Shown here piece after piece: positions 38,812 to 48,504 of a stretch of DNA of 64,000 nucleotides (the stretch's first letter is position 1; the number at the start of each line of letters is the position of its first letter). The position numbers were made by a program, and so were the translations under genes. Source of the DNA: a virus; the IMG/VR virus record IMGVR_UViG_3300032164_000003, positions 27,089 through 91,088 of that record, one strand, 5' to 3'. The notes under the pieces are model-generated. The model ran no database searches. It was given only the letters and a program-made list of their open reading frames with translations, and was not told the origin of the DNA.

Positions 38812-40680
38812 ATGGCCACTAAAAAGAAAGCAACGGGGAAAAAGTCTAATCAGAAGGCCGCGCGTCCTCTGCTACATAGCCCGAATGCTCTTTACACGCG
38901 CGCTGCCGGACTCATGCGCAGGACAGCGACCACTCTTAGTGGGGGTCAAATGTCCGGGGCCAGTTCAATGGGCTCCGCCCAATCGGTCGCACAGTCTCCT
39001 CTTTATTACGACTACAGGTGGTCAACACCAGATAAATTCTACTTCCCGAGAAACCGTGTAATTGCCAATGCAATTTGGCGTGAGGTATACAAAAGAGATC
39101 CAGCAGTTGCTATTGCTACAGACATGTACGCAGAGCTACCCTGGTCCCAATTCGATTTGACCGGCGTAGATGATAAGTATGTACTCCGCATTTATGAAGA
39201 TATGTTTAATCGGTTGAACATTGTTCCGAAGCTTGGTCCCTTTACGCGGGATTTCTTCGTTACAGGAGAACTCATACTCCATAATATTTTCAACAATACA
39301 CGGGGTATTTGGGAACGGATCATTCCGCATAATCCGGATTACGTTAGGATAGACGGGGTTGGTTTGGCTATAGATCAGCCGCTTATGTCATTGCTTCCAA
39401 CACCCGAGATCAAGCGGCTGATCAATTCTCCAGATCCGCGTGTGCGAAAGTTGCAGAAGCTTATTCCAAAAGAGATTATAAACTCGTTTAGGGCTAACCG
39501 TGACGTTCCACTAGATGCGCTTAACACTACGTATCTCCCCAGATTGAATTCCTCTAATGAAGTCCGGGGCACTTCAATATACACTAGATTGTTCCGCGTT
39601 ATTATGTATGAGGATTTTATTGTAAATGCTAGCTTGGCAGTCGCCCAGCGCAACGCTGCGCCATTGAGAATATTCAAGCTAGGTGATCCAGCTACCGGAT
39701 GGTTGCCAGATCAAGAAGACGAAGCCGCATTTGCCGAGATGTTGTCCATGGCAGAGGCTGATCCGCTCGCTGCTATTATTATGCATCACAATGTCAGCTG
39801 CGAGTTGGTCGGTGTATCTGATAAGGTTCTTCTCATTTCCAAGGAATGGGATTATATAGAGCGGGTCAAGCTGCTTGCCTTAGGTGTCTCGAAGGCGTTC
39901 CTGGTGGGAGAAACCAGTTTTGCTAGTTCAATAGCCGGCTTGCAGACGTTGATGGAGCGTTTACAATCCTTGCGCTTGCGGTTTGAGCATGACTGGTTAA
40001 TAAAGAAGATCTGTGAGCCTATTGCTGAAATACAGGAATTTTACCGTCGGCCACAGCATGAACTAGATCACAGAATTCGAATCAAGAAGCCGATGGACGA
40101 AGTAGAATTGATCGTGCCTAAAATCAAATGGCATAAGAATCTAGAGTCTACCCAGGATGTAGCGATTCTTAACATTTGGCGAGATTTAAAAGAGCGCGGG
40201 ATCCTGTCTGAACATACTTATGGGATGGGTGCTGGTATTGACATCGATACAGAGCGCAAGAATATCGCTGAAGAAAAGAAGTATAAGGAAGAGCACCCCG
40301 AGATTTACGGTATTCCACAACAGGCCCCTGCCGCTCCTGGGGCTCCTGGTGGCAAGCCGCCACAAAAGCCGCCTGCTGGCTTTGGGGTTCCTCCACCAGC
40401 GCCGCCTATGGCATCTGCATCGAAGTACGGTCGGAATAATCCGTATGTTGCGCGTGATCGCAGACGCAAGGTGGTCGAGGCTTTTGAAGAACGTATGGAA
40501 GAACTTTCTAGTAGGACTAAGGACGAAAAGATACAACGGGTTGGTGTGGAAGACGCTGTAGAGGCACTGGAAGAAGTAATCGAAGATGTTGACATTCACA
40601 CGGATCCTCCTTCAAGCCTTATTGGGGCGGAAGAGGCTGCTATTCCTAGTGCAAATCTCCTGACCGGCTTGGATAAATAA
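38812..40680 (+). CDS. portal protein
   Basis: Y..DP.V..A.D.YAELP, RGTS...R, P.RIFKLG, ALGVSKAFL.GE.SFA; position after terL. Confidence 0.85.
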   Translation: MATKKKATGKKSNQKAARPLLHSPNALYTRAAGLMRRTATTLSGGQMSGASSMGSAQSVAQSPLYYDYRWSTPDKFYFPRNRVIANAIWREVYKRDPAVAIATDMYAELPWSQFDLTGVDDKYVLRIYEDMFNRLNIVPKLGPFTRDFFVTGELILHNIFNNTRGIWERIIPHNPDYVRIDGVGLAIDQPLMSLLPTPEIKRLINSPDPRVRKLQKLIPKEIINSFRANRDVPLDALNTTYLPRLNSSNEVRGTSIYTRLFRVIMYEDFIVNASLAVAQRNAAPLRIFKLGDPATGWLPDQEDEAAFAEMLSMAEADPLAAIIMHHNVSCELVGVSDKVLLISKEWDYIERVKLLALGVSKAFLVGETSFASSIAGLQTLMERLQSLRLRFEHDWLIKKICEPIAEIQEFYRRPQHELDHRIRIKKPMDEVELIVPKIKWHKNLESTQDVAILNIWRDLKERGILSEHTYGMGAGIDIDTERKNIAEEKKYKEEHPEIYGIPQQAPAAPGAPGGKPPQKPPAGFGVPPPAPPMASASKYGRNNPYVARDRRRKVVEAFEERMEELSSRTKDEKIQRVGVEDAVEALEEVIEDVDIHTDPPSSLIGAEEAAIPSANLLTGLDK

Positions 40681-40690
40681 GGAAAATCTA

Positions 40691-41350
40691 ATGGACTATC
40701 GGAATGTGTACAATTCCTTTGTTATAGATATGTTATGCCTGCACTTTCCTACGGTGAAAATAAAGTATAAAGACGAAAGCTTGTTTATGAAGATCCTGGG
40801 AAAGCTCTTGTTCTTCGTGCCTACTTTTATGACAAACTACACTACTACGATTGGAAAAACAATATATTTCCCGGACAAAAAGTATGTTGATGCTGATTAT
40901 TACCGTGCCCTGACAGTGATAACGCACGAATTTATTCATGTATGGGACGAGGATTCTAAGAAGAGCTTGTTCAACCTTAGTTTTCTGTCTCCTCAAATAT
41001 TCGCTGTGTTTAGTCTGCTTTCCGTCTTTTCATTTGTAAGTCCATTTTTCTTACTTTCCTTGCTTAGCCTACTATTCCTTGCCCCTTTTCCTTCTCCTTG
41101 GCGCACGGAATGGGAGTCTACTGCCTATATTATGGGAATGCTTTTAAGTAGTATTGATCAGGGCGCGCGGTATAATGCTAGAGAGCACGCAGAAGAACTT
41201 TCAGGTTATTTCACAGGTAGTGCGTATTATTACATGTGCCCAGATAAGGATAAAGTAGTAGGTACACTTTTGTATAAATACGAAACGTTACCGCAAACGC
41301 ACGCTGGAATACGCGAGGTACATCAATGGCTCATAGCGCAGCATCGCTGA
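40691..41350 (+). CDS. membrane-associated zincin-like metallopeptidase
   Basis: YTTTIG..IY, THEFIHV, TM segment, R..WE..AY. Confidence 0.65.
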   Translation: MDYRNVYNSFVIDMLCLHFPTVKIKYKDESLFMKILGKLLFFVPTFMTNYTTTIGKTIYFPDKKYVDADYYRALTVITHEFIHVWDEDSKKSLFNLSFLSPQIFAVFSLLSVFSFVSPFFLLSLLSLLFLAPFPSPWRTEWESTAYIMGMLLSSIDQGARYNAREHAEELSGYFTGSAYYYMCPDKDKVVGTLLYKYETLPQTHAGIREVHQWLIAQHR

Positions 41351-42114
41351 CGCTCTCCCCAACGAAGGTTGATGTATTCTTCGGATGTAGGCGCTTGTTT
41401 CGATATCGATTTATTGCCCCGCCGTTTACTCCTCCAGAGAATAGGTACTTCTTGATAGGTAATGTGGCGCATCGTGCTCTCGAAACATTACACAAAGAAC
41501 ATTTGGTAACCCCTATCAGTAATTGGAAGAAGGCTATGGGGCAACATTTTCGCGATGCCGCCAAGTCACATAATGTTGATAAGAAGATAGCAACGGGGGT
41601 CATTACTAAGAGCGATCTGTTTTCCATCAAAGATATGATGCGAAAGTATTTAGTACATCTCGATGGGTTGGATGCTATTCCCAAGGTACATAAGGTAGAA
41701 GCATTAAAGAAAATCAATATAGGGGGAGTTGTCGTTTGGCTAAAGGCAGACCGGATAGATATGATCAAAGATCACATGTACAGGGTTGTGGATTACAAGT
41801 CCGGGCGGCCTGCAAACAGAAAAGATGAACAAGCTTCCGTACAGATACCGTCTTATGGTATACTTGTTCGGCAGCTTATTGACAAGGCTGCGGCGATTGA
41901 GGGATCGTATGTTTATTTGAAGTTTCTTGATACTAAGAATGGTGTGCATAATTATAAGATAACGGATGAGTGGATGGATCAGGCTACGGAACAGTATGTT
42001 AAGGTGGACAAAGCACTGAAAAATGGGTGTGATTTTAAGCAGAACTTCAAATACAAATATTGTTTTACCTGTGACTTTAAGCGGCACTGTCTCAATGACA
42101 AAGACAATGATTAA
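41326..42114 (+). CDS. PD-(D/E)XK nuclease, RecB/Cas4-like
   Basis: GC...F.Y, GNVAHRALE, ADRID, VVDYKSG, Q..SY, CFTCDFKRHC. Confidence 0.88.
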   Translation: MAHSAASLTLSPTKVDVFFGCRRLFRYRFIAPPFTPPENRYFLIGNVAHRALETLHKEHLVTPISNWKKAMGQHFRDAAKSHNVDKKIATGVITKSDLFSIKDMMRKYLVHLDGLDAIPKVHKVEALKKINIGGVVVWLKADRIDMIKDHMYRVVDYKSGRPANRKDEQASVQIPSYGILVRQLIDKAAAIEGSYVYLKFLDTKNGVHNYKITDEWMDQATEQYVKVDKALKNGCDFKQNFKYKYCFTCDFKRHCLNDKDND

Positions 42115-42125
42115 GGGAGAAAGAA

Positions 42126-42317
42126 ATGACCTTTAGAAAAAATGGAGATAACATTCCTGTACATCGTGTGCTCTGCAAATGCGGCCATGAACTGCGAGGA
42201 GCGTTCGACAAATGCCCCAATTGCGGCAAGACGGTGCTTCCGGAAGGGTTGCAACCTGTGCAGGAACCGCCCGCCGAAAAAGATCCTGTAGAAGATAATC
42301 AAAAGTTAAATAAGTAG
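42126..42317 (+). CDS. small zinc-ribbon protein
   Basis: CKCG..CPNCG; AAGGGAG RBS. Confidence 0.65.
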   Translation: MTFRKNGDNIPVHRVLCKCGHELRGAFDKCPNCGKTVLPEGLQPVQEPPAEKDPVEDNQKLNK

Positions 42318-42383
42318 CTTATTTACAAGCTATAATCTCTTCCGTGACAGGGGTTCGATCACCCCGCGACACGGGAGAGAACA

Positions 42384-43265
42384 ATGCCGTTTTACAAGAC
42401 TGCCGCTGCTCCAATCCTTAGTGTTTATCAATCGTCAGGAAAATTTACAAAGCGGGCACAGCAATCCGCCGAGGTAACTGAGGGGGAAGATGAAGCCGTA
42501 AAGAAGGCAATCAATATCCTATCCAAGGATGTTTTGAAAGCCGTTGCACGTGTTTATAACATCTCGGACGACATTAACGACTATATCTTTCCGGTTCCCC
42601 GTGCAGTAACTGCTGACATTCCTAACAACAACGGTGACAATTTCCAGCATGACGAGCTTACCCGGTTTTCCCCAGGGCACCGCTGCATGGTATACCAAAC
42701 GTTCCATAATGATCCCCTACATGTAGAGCACTGCGCTGATAATCCAAAGACAGCGCGCGGTTATCTTCCCGATGTTCACTATTTGACGGGCAATCCAGAA
42801 GATAAGTTTGTCATTACCATTGTTGCTATGGACGCAAGCAAGGATCCACCACTCGCAGAAGGTTTGTTAAGTGGCGAGATCGACTCTTTCTCCATGGGAT
42901 GTATCTGTGATCAGGTTAGGTGCAGCAAGTGTGGGCACACCGCCAACTCGGACAAGGAGCTATGTGAGTGTCTGCGCTGGTACAAGATGTCAAAGATAGA
43001 CGGAAAGCTTGTTTATGAGGATTGCCTAGGTGTAGAATACCAAGAACTTTCTGTTGTTGGAAATCCCGCAGATCCAAAAGCACGTACACAAGCACTGCTA
43101 AAGTATGCATCTCGTCAGGCTACAGCAAATAACATGCGCGCATCATTTAATGTTCTTTCTACGATGTTAGATCCTGAAGATCAGCGAGAAGTTGCCAGAT
43201 TCTTTAGCTTGAATGCTGGGAAACTTCCTTCTTCGATGCTCCGGTTGGCCGATAAGTTGTTCTAA
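42384..43265 (+). CDS. prohead protease (HK97/assemblin-like, zinc-finger insert)
   Basis: PNNNGD.F, HVEH, SFSMGC, CSKCG..CECL, ELSVVGNPADPKA. Confidence 0.8.
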   Translation: MPFYKTAAAPILSVYQSSGKFTKRAQQSAEVTEGEDEAVKKAINILSKDVLKAVARVYNISDDINDYIFPVPRAVTADIPNNNGDNFQHDELTRFSPGHRCMVYQTFHNDPLHVEHCADNPKTARGYLPDVHYLTGNPEDKFVITIVAMDASKDPPLAEGLLSGEIDSFSMGCICDQVRCSKCGHTANSDKELCECLRWYKMSKIDGKLVYEDCLGVEYQELSVVGNPADPKARTQALLKYASRQATANNMRASFNVLSTMLDPEDQREVARFFSLNAGKLPSSMLRLADKLF

Positions 43266-43378
43266 GTCAAATATATAGCCTTTATATTGAAGGATTGAAT
43301 AATTTTATAGGTTAACCTAACAGAAGTTAAATAATTTTGCTTTCTACTTTCATAATAACTAAATAAGGAGTTCGATTG

Positions 43379-45127
43379 ATGGATCAATTAAGAACACGGA
43401 TTGCGCGCAAAGCTCAGCAGCTAATACAGCGGGCGCAAGTAACTCCTCCAGGTGCACCACCCCCGGGTGCTCCTGCGCCAACGCCTGCTCCCGGTGTTCC
43501 ACCGATGGCTCCGAAACCACCGGCTGCCGGACCAGCTGCTCCAAAGCCTGCAATGCCCCCGGGGCTTCCTCCAGGTATGCCGCGTCCGAAGGAAGACATT
43601 GAAAAGGATGTAGAGGGCGATATTCGTCGGCGCAAGGAACAGGAAAAGAAGATTGAAGACCTTAGTGAGAAGGTAAACACGATTGGTGATCAGGTAGAAG
43701 GGCTTACGAAGTCTATAAACAATCTTGTGAATGTGATGCAGAAGCAGGTTGGTGGCCCGACTAATTTTGATAACAAGTATGACGAGTTAAAGGACGAAAA
43801 GGAAGAGGGCGATGAGCCATCTTCTTCAGAGTTTGGAATGGGTAAAAGTGACGAAAGTCTCGTAAGAGCTAAGGAGGAATCCCTGATGCCTAACGCCGGA
43901 AATCTGAGAACTGCCCGTGAGAAGCGGCTCACTGGAGAAGAACTACAGTTCCATGAGAAGAACCCGCCGAACAAGAAGTATACACAGCAAGTTGTTGGCC
44001 CCCCGTCAGTGAAGACTACGAAGGATGAGCCGAAGGATTGGGACGAGTACTACAACAAGCTTACTGCAGCCAATCTAGCATTGGATCGTAACGCTGTCGG
44101 CACGGAATGGTCCGTAGTTGACAAGACAAACAACGAAGTGTTCTTCAAGATTCACCCGACTGCCGAGACTGCAGACAATTTCCCGACGAAGGAATTTGCC
44201 GAGCAGATCATTCGGGACATCAAACAACTTGGGCTAAAGTCCGCTATGGAAAAGTACGGTGCAGAACCGTTCTCTTCTGGTATTTTCAAGCGGAAGGATA
44301 AGGGCGAGCCCGAGAAGCCAGTCGGTGGCGACAAGAAGCCATTCTCTTCAGATCTTTTGAAGCCAAAGGATGGCCCGAAGGTCGGCCCGAAGGTCGGCCC
44401 GAAGGTTGGTCCTACATCTTCTCCGAAGCCGTTCCCGAAGGCCGGTCCGAAGATGATGACCAAGGGTCCGAAGCCGGTATCGTCTGGCCCTACTGGTGGC
44501 GCTCCAGGGTCTGATGTTCCAAAGTCTTCTGGGATGCCCGCAGTAAAGGCAGCTGATGAAACTGAAGTCCCAGTGGTTGAAGCTGCGCCTGCTGAAGTCG
44601 TACAGGAAGTCGCCCCCGCACAGGCTCCCGTAGCAACCCCAGAGAAGATTGCTTCCCTGGAAGATGTGACTCGTCGGTTCATGCGCGCATTCCGCCTTGC
44701 TCTTTCTGCCCAGCAGAAGAACTTGGTGGAGAGCCCGCTGAAGGCAGCGTGGTATGAGACGTTGAAGGGCATGGACGTAGATAATCCAGAGGCCATTATC
44801 GAAGCAACTTTCAATCGTGCTGCAGCAGAGCACTTTGAAATTGCACTCGCGAAGACCGCTGAATATCTGAAGATGGGCGACGAAGCGTTTGTACAGGTTG
44901 AGTCCGAGATTGGTGAGCTTGATATCCTCACCCCGAGGACTGCTTCGGAACAAGACGAAGAAGAGATCATTAGTCGGTCTGCCAAGCTACGCGCTCGTGC
45001 ACTCCGCAATTCTCTGCCACTGAGCACCTCGACCAATGTCAATCCGGAAGAGGACAAGGTTCAGCGGTTGGCGTCTGCTCTGCCTAAGCCGAAGTTGATT
45101 GGTGCTGGAAAGTACCTGAGAAAGTAA
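43379..45127 (+). CDS. scaffold-like head protein
   Basis: Pro-rich/coiled-coil, between protease and capsid genes. Confidence 0.6.
   Translation: MDQLRTRIARKAQQLIQRAQVTPPGAPPPGAPAPTPAPGVPPMAPKPPAAGPAAPKPAMPPGLPPGMPRPKEDIEKDVEGDIRRRKEQEKKIEDLSEKVNTIGDQVEGLTKSINNLVNVMQKQVGGPTNFDNKYDELKDEKEEGDEPSSSEFGMGKSDESLVRAKEESLMPNAGNLRTAREKRLTGEELQFHEKNPPNKKYTQQVVGPPSVKTTKDEPKDWDEYYNKLTAANLALDRNAVGTEWSVVDKTNNEVFFKIHPTAETADNFPTKEFAEQIIRDIKQLGLKSAMEKYGAEPFSSGIFKRKDKGEPEKPVGGDKKPFSSDLLKPKDGPKVGPKVGPKVGPTSSPKPFPKAGPKMMTKGPKPVSSGPTGGAPGSDVPKSSGMPAVKAADETEVPVVEAAPAEVVQEVAPAQAPVATPEKIASLEDVTRRFMRAFRLALSAQQKNLVESPLKAAWYETLKGMDVDNPEAIIEATFNRAAAEHFEIALAKTAEYLKMGDEAFVQVESEIGELDILTPRTASEQDEEEIISRSAKLRARALRNSLPLSTSTNVNPEEDKVQRLASALPKPKLIGAGKYLRK
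44372..44412. repeat. 12-bp tandem repeat encoding GPKV x3
   Basis: GGCCCGAAGGTC repeats. Confidence 0.85.
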
Positions 45128-45181
45128 CTTTGTTTTCAAAAAGAAATAGATAGAAAAAGACTAAGAAAAGGGAGAAGAGCT

Positions 45182-45898
45182 ATGCTAGACAAGAAGAGAG
45201 GTTACGCACCTGACCGGCCGTTCTATGATGTGGACACTAATGTCCAGATCCATGCAGGAATGGTCGCATTTTTGGCGCAGAATGGTAACGTTGTGGTTGC
45301 CACTACTGCAGCTAGCGGAAACGTTCCGATTGGCACGTTCTGGAAGGATCGGGCATCTACCTTCATTCGTAGTTCCATCGAGCAGCACGCGTTTAGCGTT
45401 GCAGGTATTGTAACGCTGAACCATGGCAACGTGCTAAATACTGTAGACGTAAAGGTAACTAACTTCGCCGGCACGGTGGTCTATACACAGGGTGCAGACT
45501 ACGGCGTAAACACTAACAACGGTGTTATTACGCGCTTGGGCGGGTTGATTCCTGCGCTGTCCACCGTCATGGTGTGGTACAAGTACTCAGTACAGAATGC
45601 ACAAGTGTACTGGGACAATGTAAGCACCAAGTGGACTGCTGTTGGTTATAACTATGACCGGCAGCCAGACGACACGCTGGGCAGTGGGAAGATTACCATT
45701 GCCGAGGCCTATGCTAAGCTGTACACCGATCAGTATGACGTAACCCTGACTTACGCCATCAATGATCCACTGTATAGTGATGCGAACAGCATGTGGACCA
45801 ACACACCGGGCTTCTGCACTGTGTGCGGTCGTGTAATTAAGGTTCCAACTGCTACCGATCCATTCTTGGGCGTGCAGCAGATTCCAGTGGCTCTCTAA
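45182..45898 (+). CDS. head decoration / cement protein
   Basis: DDTLGSGKIT, TDQYD, GRVIKVPTA.DPFLG; directly upstream of MCP. Confidence 0.6.
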   Translation: MLDKKRGYAPDRPFYDVDTNVQIHAGMVAFLAQNGNVVVATTAASGNVPIGTFWKDRASTFIRSSIEQHAFSVAGIVTLNHGNVLNTVDVKVTNFAGTVVYTQGADYGVNTNNGVITRLGGLIPALSTVMVWYKYSVQNAQVYWDNVSTKWTAVGYNYDRQPDDTLGSGKITIAEAYAKLYTDQYDVTLTYAINDPLYSDANSMWTNTPGFCTVCGRVIKVPTATDPFLGVQQIPVAL

Positions 45899-45959
45899 GG
45901 TAGCGTAGCCGGGAGCTTTCGCTACGAAGTAACTTTGATTTCTAAAGGAGGAAGTGAAA

Positions 45960-47087
45960 ATGAAATTCAACCCGTACAACAAAAAGGCTTCCGGTGCTAC
46001 GGTAGACAGAAAGACCGGAGAACCATTCAACCCGATTAACGTCGGGAAGACCGCTACTGGCTCGATTGAGCGCTCTGCCAGCGAACGCATGTTCAATGAC
46101 AAGGGTGAGTTCAATGCCAATAGCAAATCAGAAATTCTTGATCAGATCAAGAATTTGCTCGACGGCATGAGCAACGGAACCTATGATGTGGCTCGCACTG
46201 CATCATATGCTGGCGAAGGCGTGAGCGCACAGGAGAGCGATTCGATTCTGCGCGAAGCTTTCTCTGATCCATCCAGCGAAGGTTTCCGGCAGGTTGGCCA
46301 GGGCCTCTTGAACCCGATTAAAGAGGTCATCGACTACGAAGGTCTGGCCCGAAAAGTGTTTGCGCCACGCACAGTTAAGGCCGGTGAGATCGTTCGCTAC
46401 GATAAGGATGTTTACGTCCAGGGTTGGGTTATCGCAGAGGACGGAACCACTCCGCAGTCCACGGTTGAAGGCCGCTATATTTATCCTCCGGAGTTCGAGG
46501 TAACTGCTTACCCGAGCATCGAGATCAAGGATAAGTATCGGGCGCAGTATGACATCCTTGCTCGTACACAAGACCGTGCACGCATGAGCATCGAGTACCA
46601 GGAAGACCTGGCGTTGATCAATCTGTTGCAGGCTGGTGCAAACCAGTCGAACACTACCACGTTCTTCGCAACATTGAACATGGCAGCGTTCGAAGCAATC
46701 AGATACCAGATCGAACGGCACAGGCTGATTTGTGACAAGTTCATCATTCACCGTCAAGAAGTGTCCGACATGGTAAATACCCTGCGTACACAGGTTGATC
46801 CTGTAACGCAGAGGGAATTGGTCATGGCCGGGTACATTGGTACCTTGCTTAATGCTATGATCATTACCACTGCCGGTACCCAGACCTTCGAGATCTTGCA
46901 GCCGGGACAGGTTGTAGCAGTAACGGCTCCTGAGTATCTCGGTGGTATGCCGATCCGCGTTGAGTTGTTCAGCGAACCGGTTAACGAGTTCATGATGGGC
47001 AAGCCGCGTCAAGGATGGTTCTGGTACGAACTGATCAGCCAGGTGCTTGTGAACCCGGCTGGTGTTGCAATCGGCTCGAAGCTCTAG
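45960..47087 (+). CDS. major capsid protein (HK97 fold)
   Basis: PI...DYEG.ARK, PPEFEV...P.I, I..QED, GW..YE; strong AGGAGG RBS, biased codons, hairpin after stop. Confidence 0.88.
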   Translation: MKFNPYNKKASGATVDRKTGEPFNPINVGKTATGSIERSASERMFNDKGEFNANSKSEILDQIKNLLDGMSNGTYDVARTASYAGEGVSAQESDSILREAFSDPSSEGFRQVGQGLLNPIKEVIDYEGLARKVFAPRTVKAGEIVRYDKDVYVQGWVIAEDGTTPQSTVEGRYIYPPEFEVTAYPSIEIKDKYRAQYDILARTQDRARMSIEYQEDLALINLLQAGANQSNTTTFFATLNMAAFEAIRYQIERHRLICDKFIIHRQEVSDMVNTLRTQVDPVTQRELVMAGYIGTLLNAMIITTAGTQTFEILQPGQVVAVTAPEYLGGMPIRVELFSEPVNEFMMGKPRQGWFWYELISQVLVNPAGVAIGSKL

Positions 47088-47113
47088 TAGCTTGTTGAAC
47101 TGACGATGTAGCA

Positions 47114-47149
47114 ATCCGCCCGGGTGGCTTTGCGGCTTCCCGGGCGGAT
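47114..47149 (+). terminator. GC-rich stem-loop after MCP
   Basis: ATCCGCCCGGG...CCCGGGCGGAT 11-bp stem, weak U-tail. Confidence 0.6.
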
Positions 47150-47181
47150 CATTATCAATCCTTTATGTAGGGAGGCCGAAA

Positions 47182-47619
47182 ATGAAGTTCAACAAGACCG
47201 CAGTACAACATGAATTGGATATGGCTGCTCACGAATTGGAAAAAGCTGGGTTTACTGATTTAGCAGAGAAGGTGGATTACTATGCTAACAGACTAATTAA
47301 CGCCGCTGCTGGGGAAGTACCACTACTCCGCAGGGCACTGTCAAGAATTCTTGACGAGTCCAAGCGTAGGATCCAAACTGCTCAACCAAAGGAACCGACA
47401 ACTGCAGAGTCAAAGGCACGTACCGCCGTAGATAAAACACGGCGGGCATCAGATGACCGTAAGGAAGTCTTGAAACGTCGGCTTTTGGAGATTGCAGCAC
47501 AGCGCAAGCAGGCCGCACAGCGTCTGGAAGCCCTCAGGGCCAAAAGAGAAACGCGTACGGAAACTGCTGCTACACGGCGTGAGCGCCGCCAGGAGCGTCT
47601 GGAGCAGAACACTAAATAG
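47182..47619 (+). CDS. basic helical hypothetical protein
   Basis: GGAGG RBS, Arg-rich. Confidence 0.75.
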   Translation: MKFNKTAVQHELDMAAHELEKAGFTDLAEKVDYYANRLINAAAGEVPLLRRALSRILDESKRRIQTAQPKEPTTAESKARTAVDKTRRASDDRKEVLKRRLLEIAAQRKQAAQRLEALRAKRETRTETAATRRERRQERLEQNTK

Positions 47620-47647
47620 CTAATGTTCTAGGCGCTTCTTTTTCATA

Positions 47648-47680
47648 GGGGCGCACCTTCGGGTGCGCCTCATTTTTTAT
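47648..47680 (+). terminator. rho-independent terminator
   Basis: GGGGCGCACC-TTCG-GGTGCGCCTC then T-run. Confidence 0.85.
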
Positions 47681-47792
47681 ATAATGAAAACACATAACTC
47701 TGACAGTAATTAAGTTTTTTGCCCACAAACTACTAGAATATATGGTTGATAGCTCATGGTGAGTTATCAAGACGAAACGAAAAGGAGAAAGA

Positions 47793-48443
47793 ATGTCTAA
47801 GGAAAAGAAGGAAAAGTTGTCAGTGCCGGACACCTCACAACGCGGACGCAGATTAACATTGCAGAACTTGTTGGCAGCCGGTTCTGAAATCTGGGTACGC
47901 AATAACTCCGGTAAACTTACCGGACGAGATGCAGGTAACATTGTCGTGCAAGTCGGTGATGGCAACATGATAGACATCGTTGTAATCCCGCCTGGAAACG
48001 ACCCGGTGTGTCTTACCGATCAAGTTACACCGAAGTTATTGGCTGAGTGCATGGACTTGTTCAAGCTCGTGAAGTCCGGAGCTTTGGAAATTCTGGATCC
48101 TGTGAATGCTAATGACTACTATGACCAGAATCAAGAGCGTAAGAAGATTGTAGAGGACAAGATTAACAATCTGCTTACACAGAAGCGCGACGAGGACACC
48201 TCCGGAGCACGTCCAAAGCCGAAGTTGGCAGCACAGACAACTATCCATGTGAATCAAAAGGTCGGGGACATCTGCCTGAAGGCTAAGCACGCTGCTATTT
48301 CTGAGCAAGAAGCTTTGGAGCGTATGTTTGAGCAGGAAAGTGTGCTTACTCTAGACGATTACAACTATATAATGATGAACGGCGTGTTCAATGGTGTAAA
48401 GAGTTGGGCTAAGGAACAGGCCAAGAAGGTTATGGCACAGTAG
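47793..48443 (+). CDS. hypothetical protein
   Basis: AAGGAG RBS, 216 aa. Confidence 0.75.
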   Translation: MSKEKKEKLSVPDTSQRGRRLTLQNLLAAGSEIWVRNNSGKLTGRDAGNIVVQVGDGNMIDIVVIPPGNDPVCLTDQVTPKLLAECMDLFKLVKSGALEILDPVNANDYYDQNQERKKIVEDKINNLLTQKRDEDTSGARPKPKLAAQTTIHVNQKVGDICLKAKHAAISEQEALERMFEQESVLTLDDYNYIMMNGVFNGVKSWAKEQAKKVMAQ

Positions 48444-48455
48444 TAGGATTGTGTG

Positions 48456-48488
48456 CGGTGGGGGCCGAAAGGCCCCCACCGTATATTT
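48456..48488 (+). terminator. stem-loop, probable terminator
   Basis: CGGTGGGGGCC-GAAA-GGCCCCCACCG then TATATTT. Confidence 0.7.
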
Positions 48489-48504
48489 GACTTAGGAGTT
48501 TACG

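Noticed and set aside
41326-42114. Cas4 as evidence of a CRISPR-Cas system
   Set aside because: Solo PD-(D/E)XK nuclease with no cas1/cas2 or array
42349-42366. GGTTCGATC resembling a tRNA T-loop
   Set aside because: No D-arm, anticodon arm or acceptor stem; it is a simple leader hairpin
44152-47114. Minus-strand ORFs of ~300 aa opposite scaffold and MCP
   Set aside because: Shadow frames of codon-biased genes
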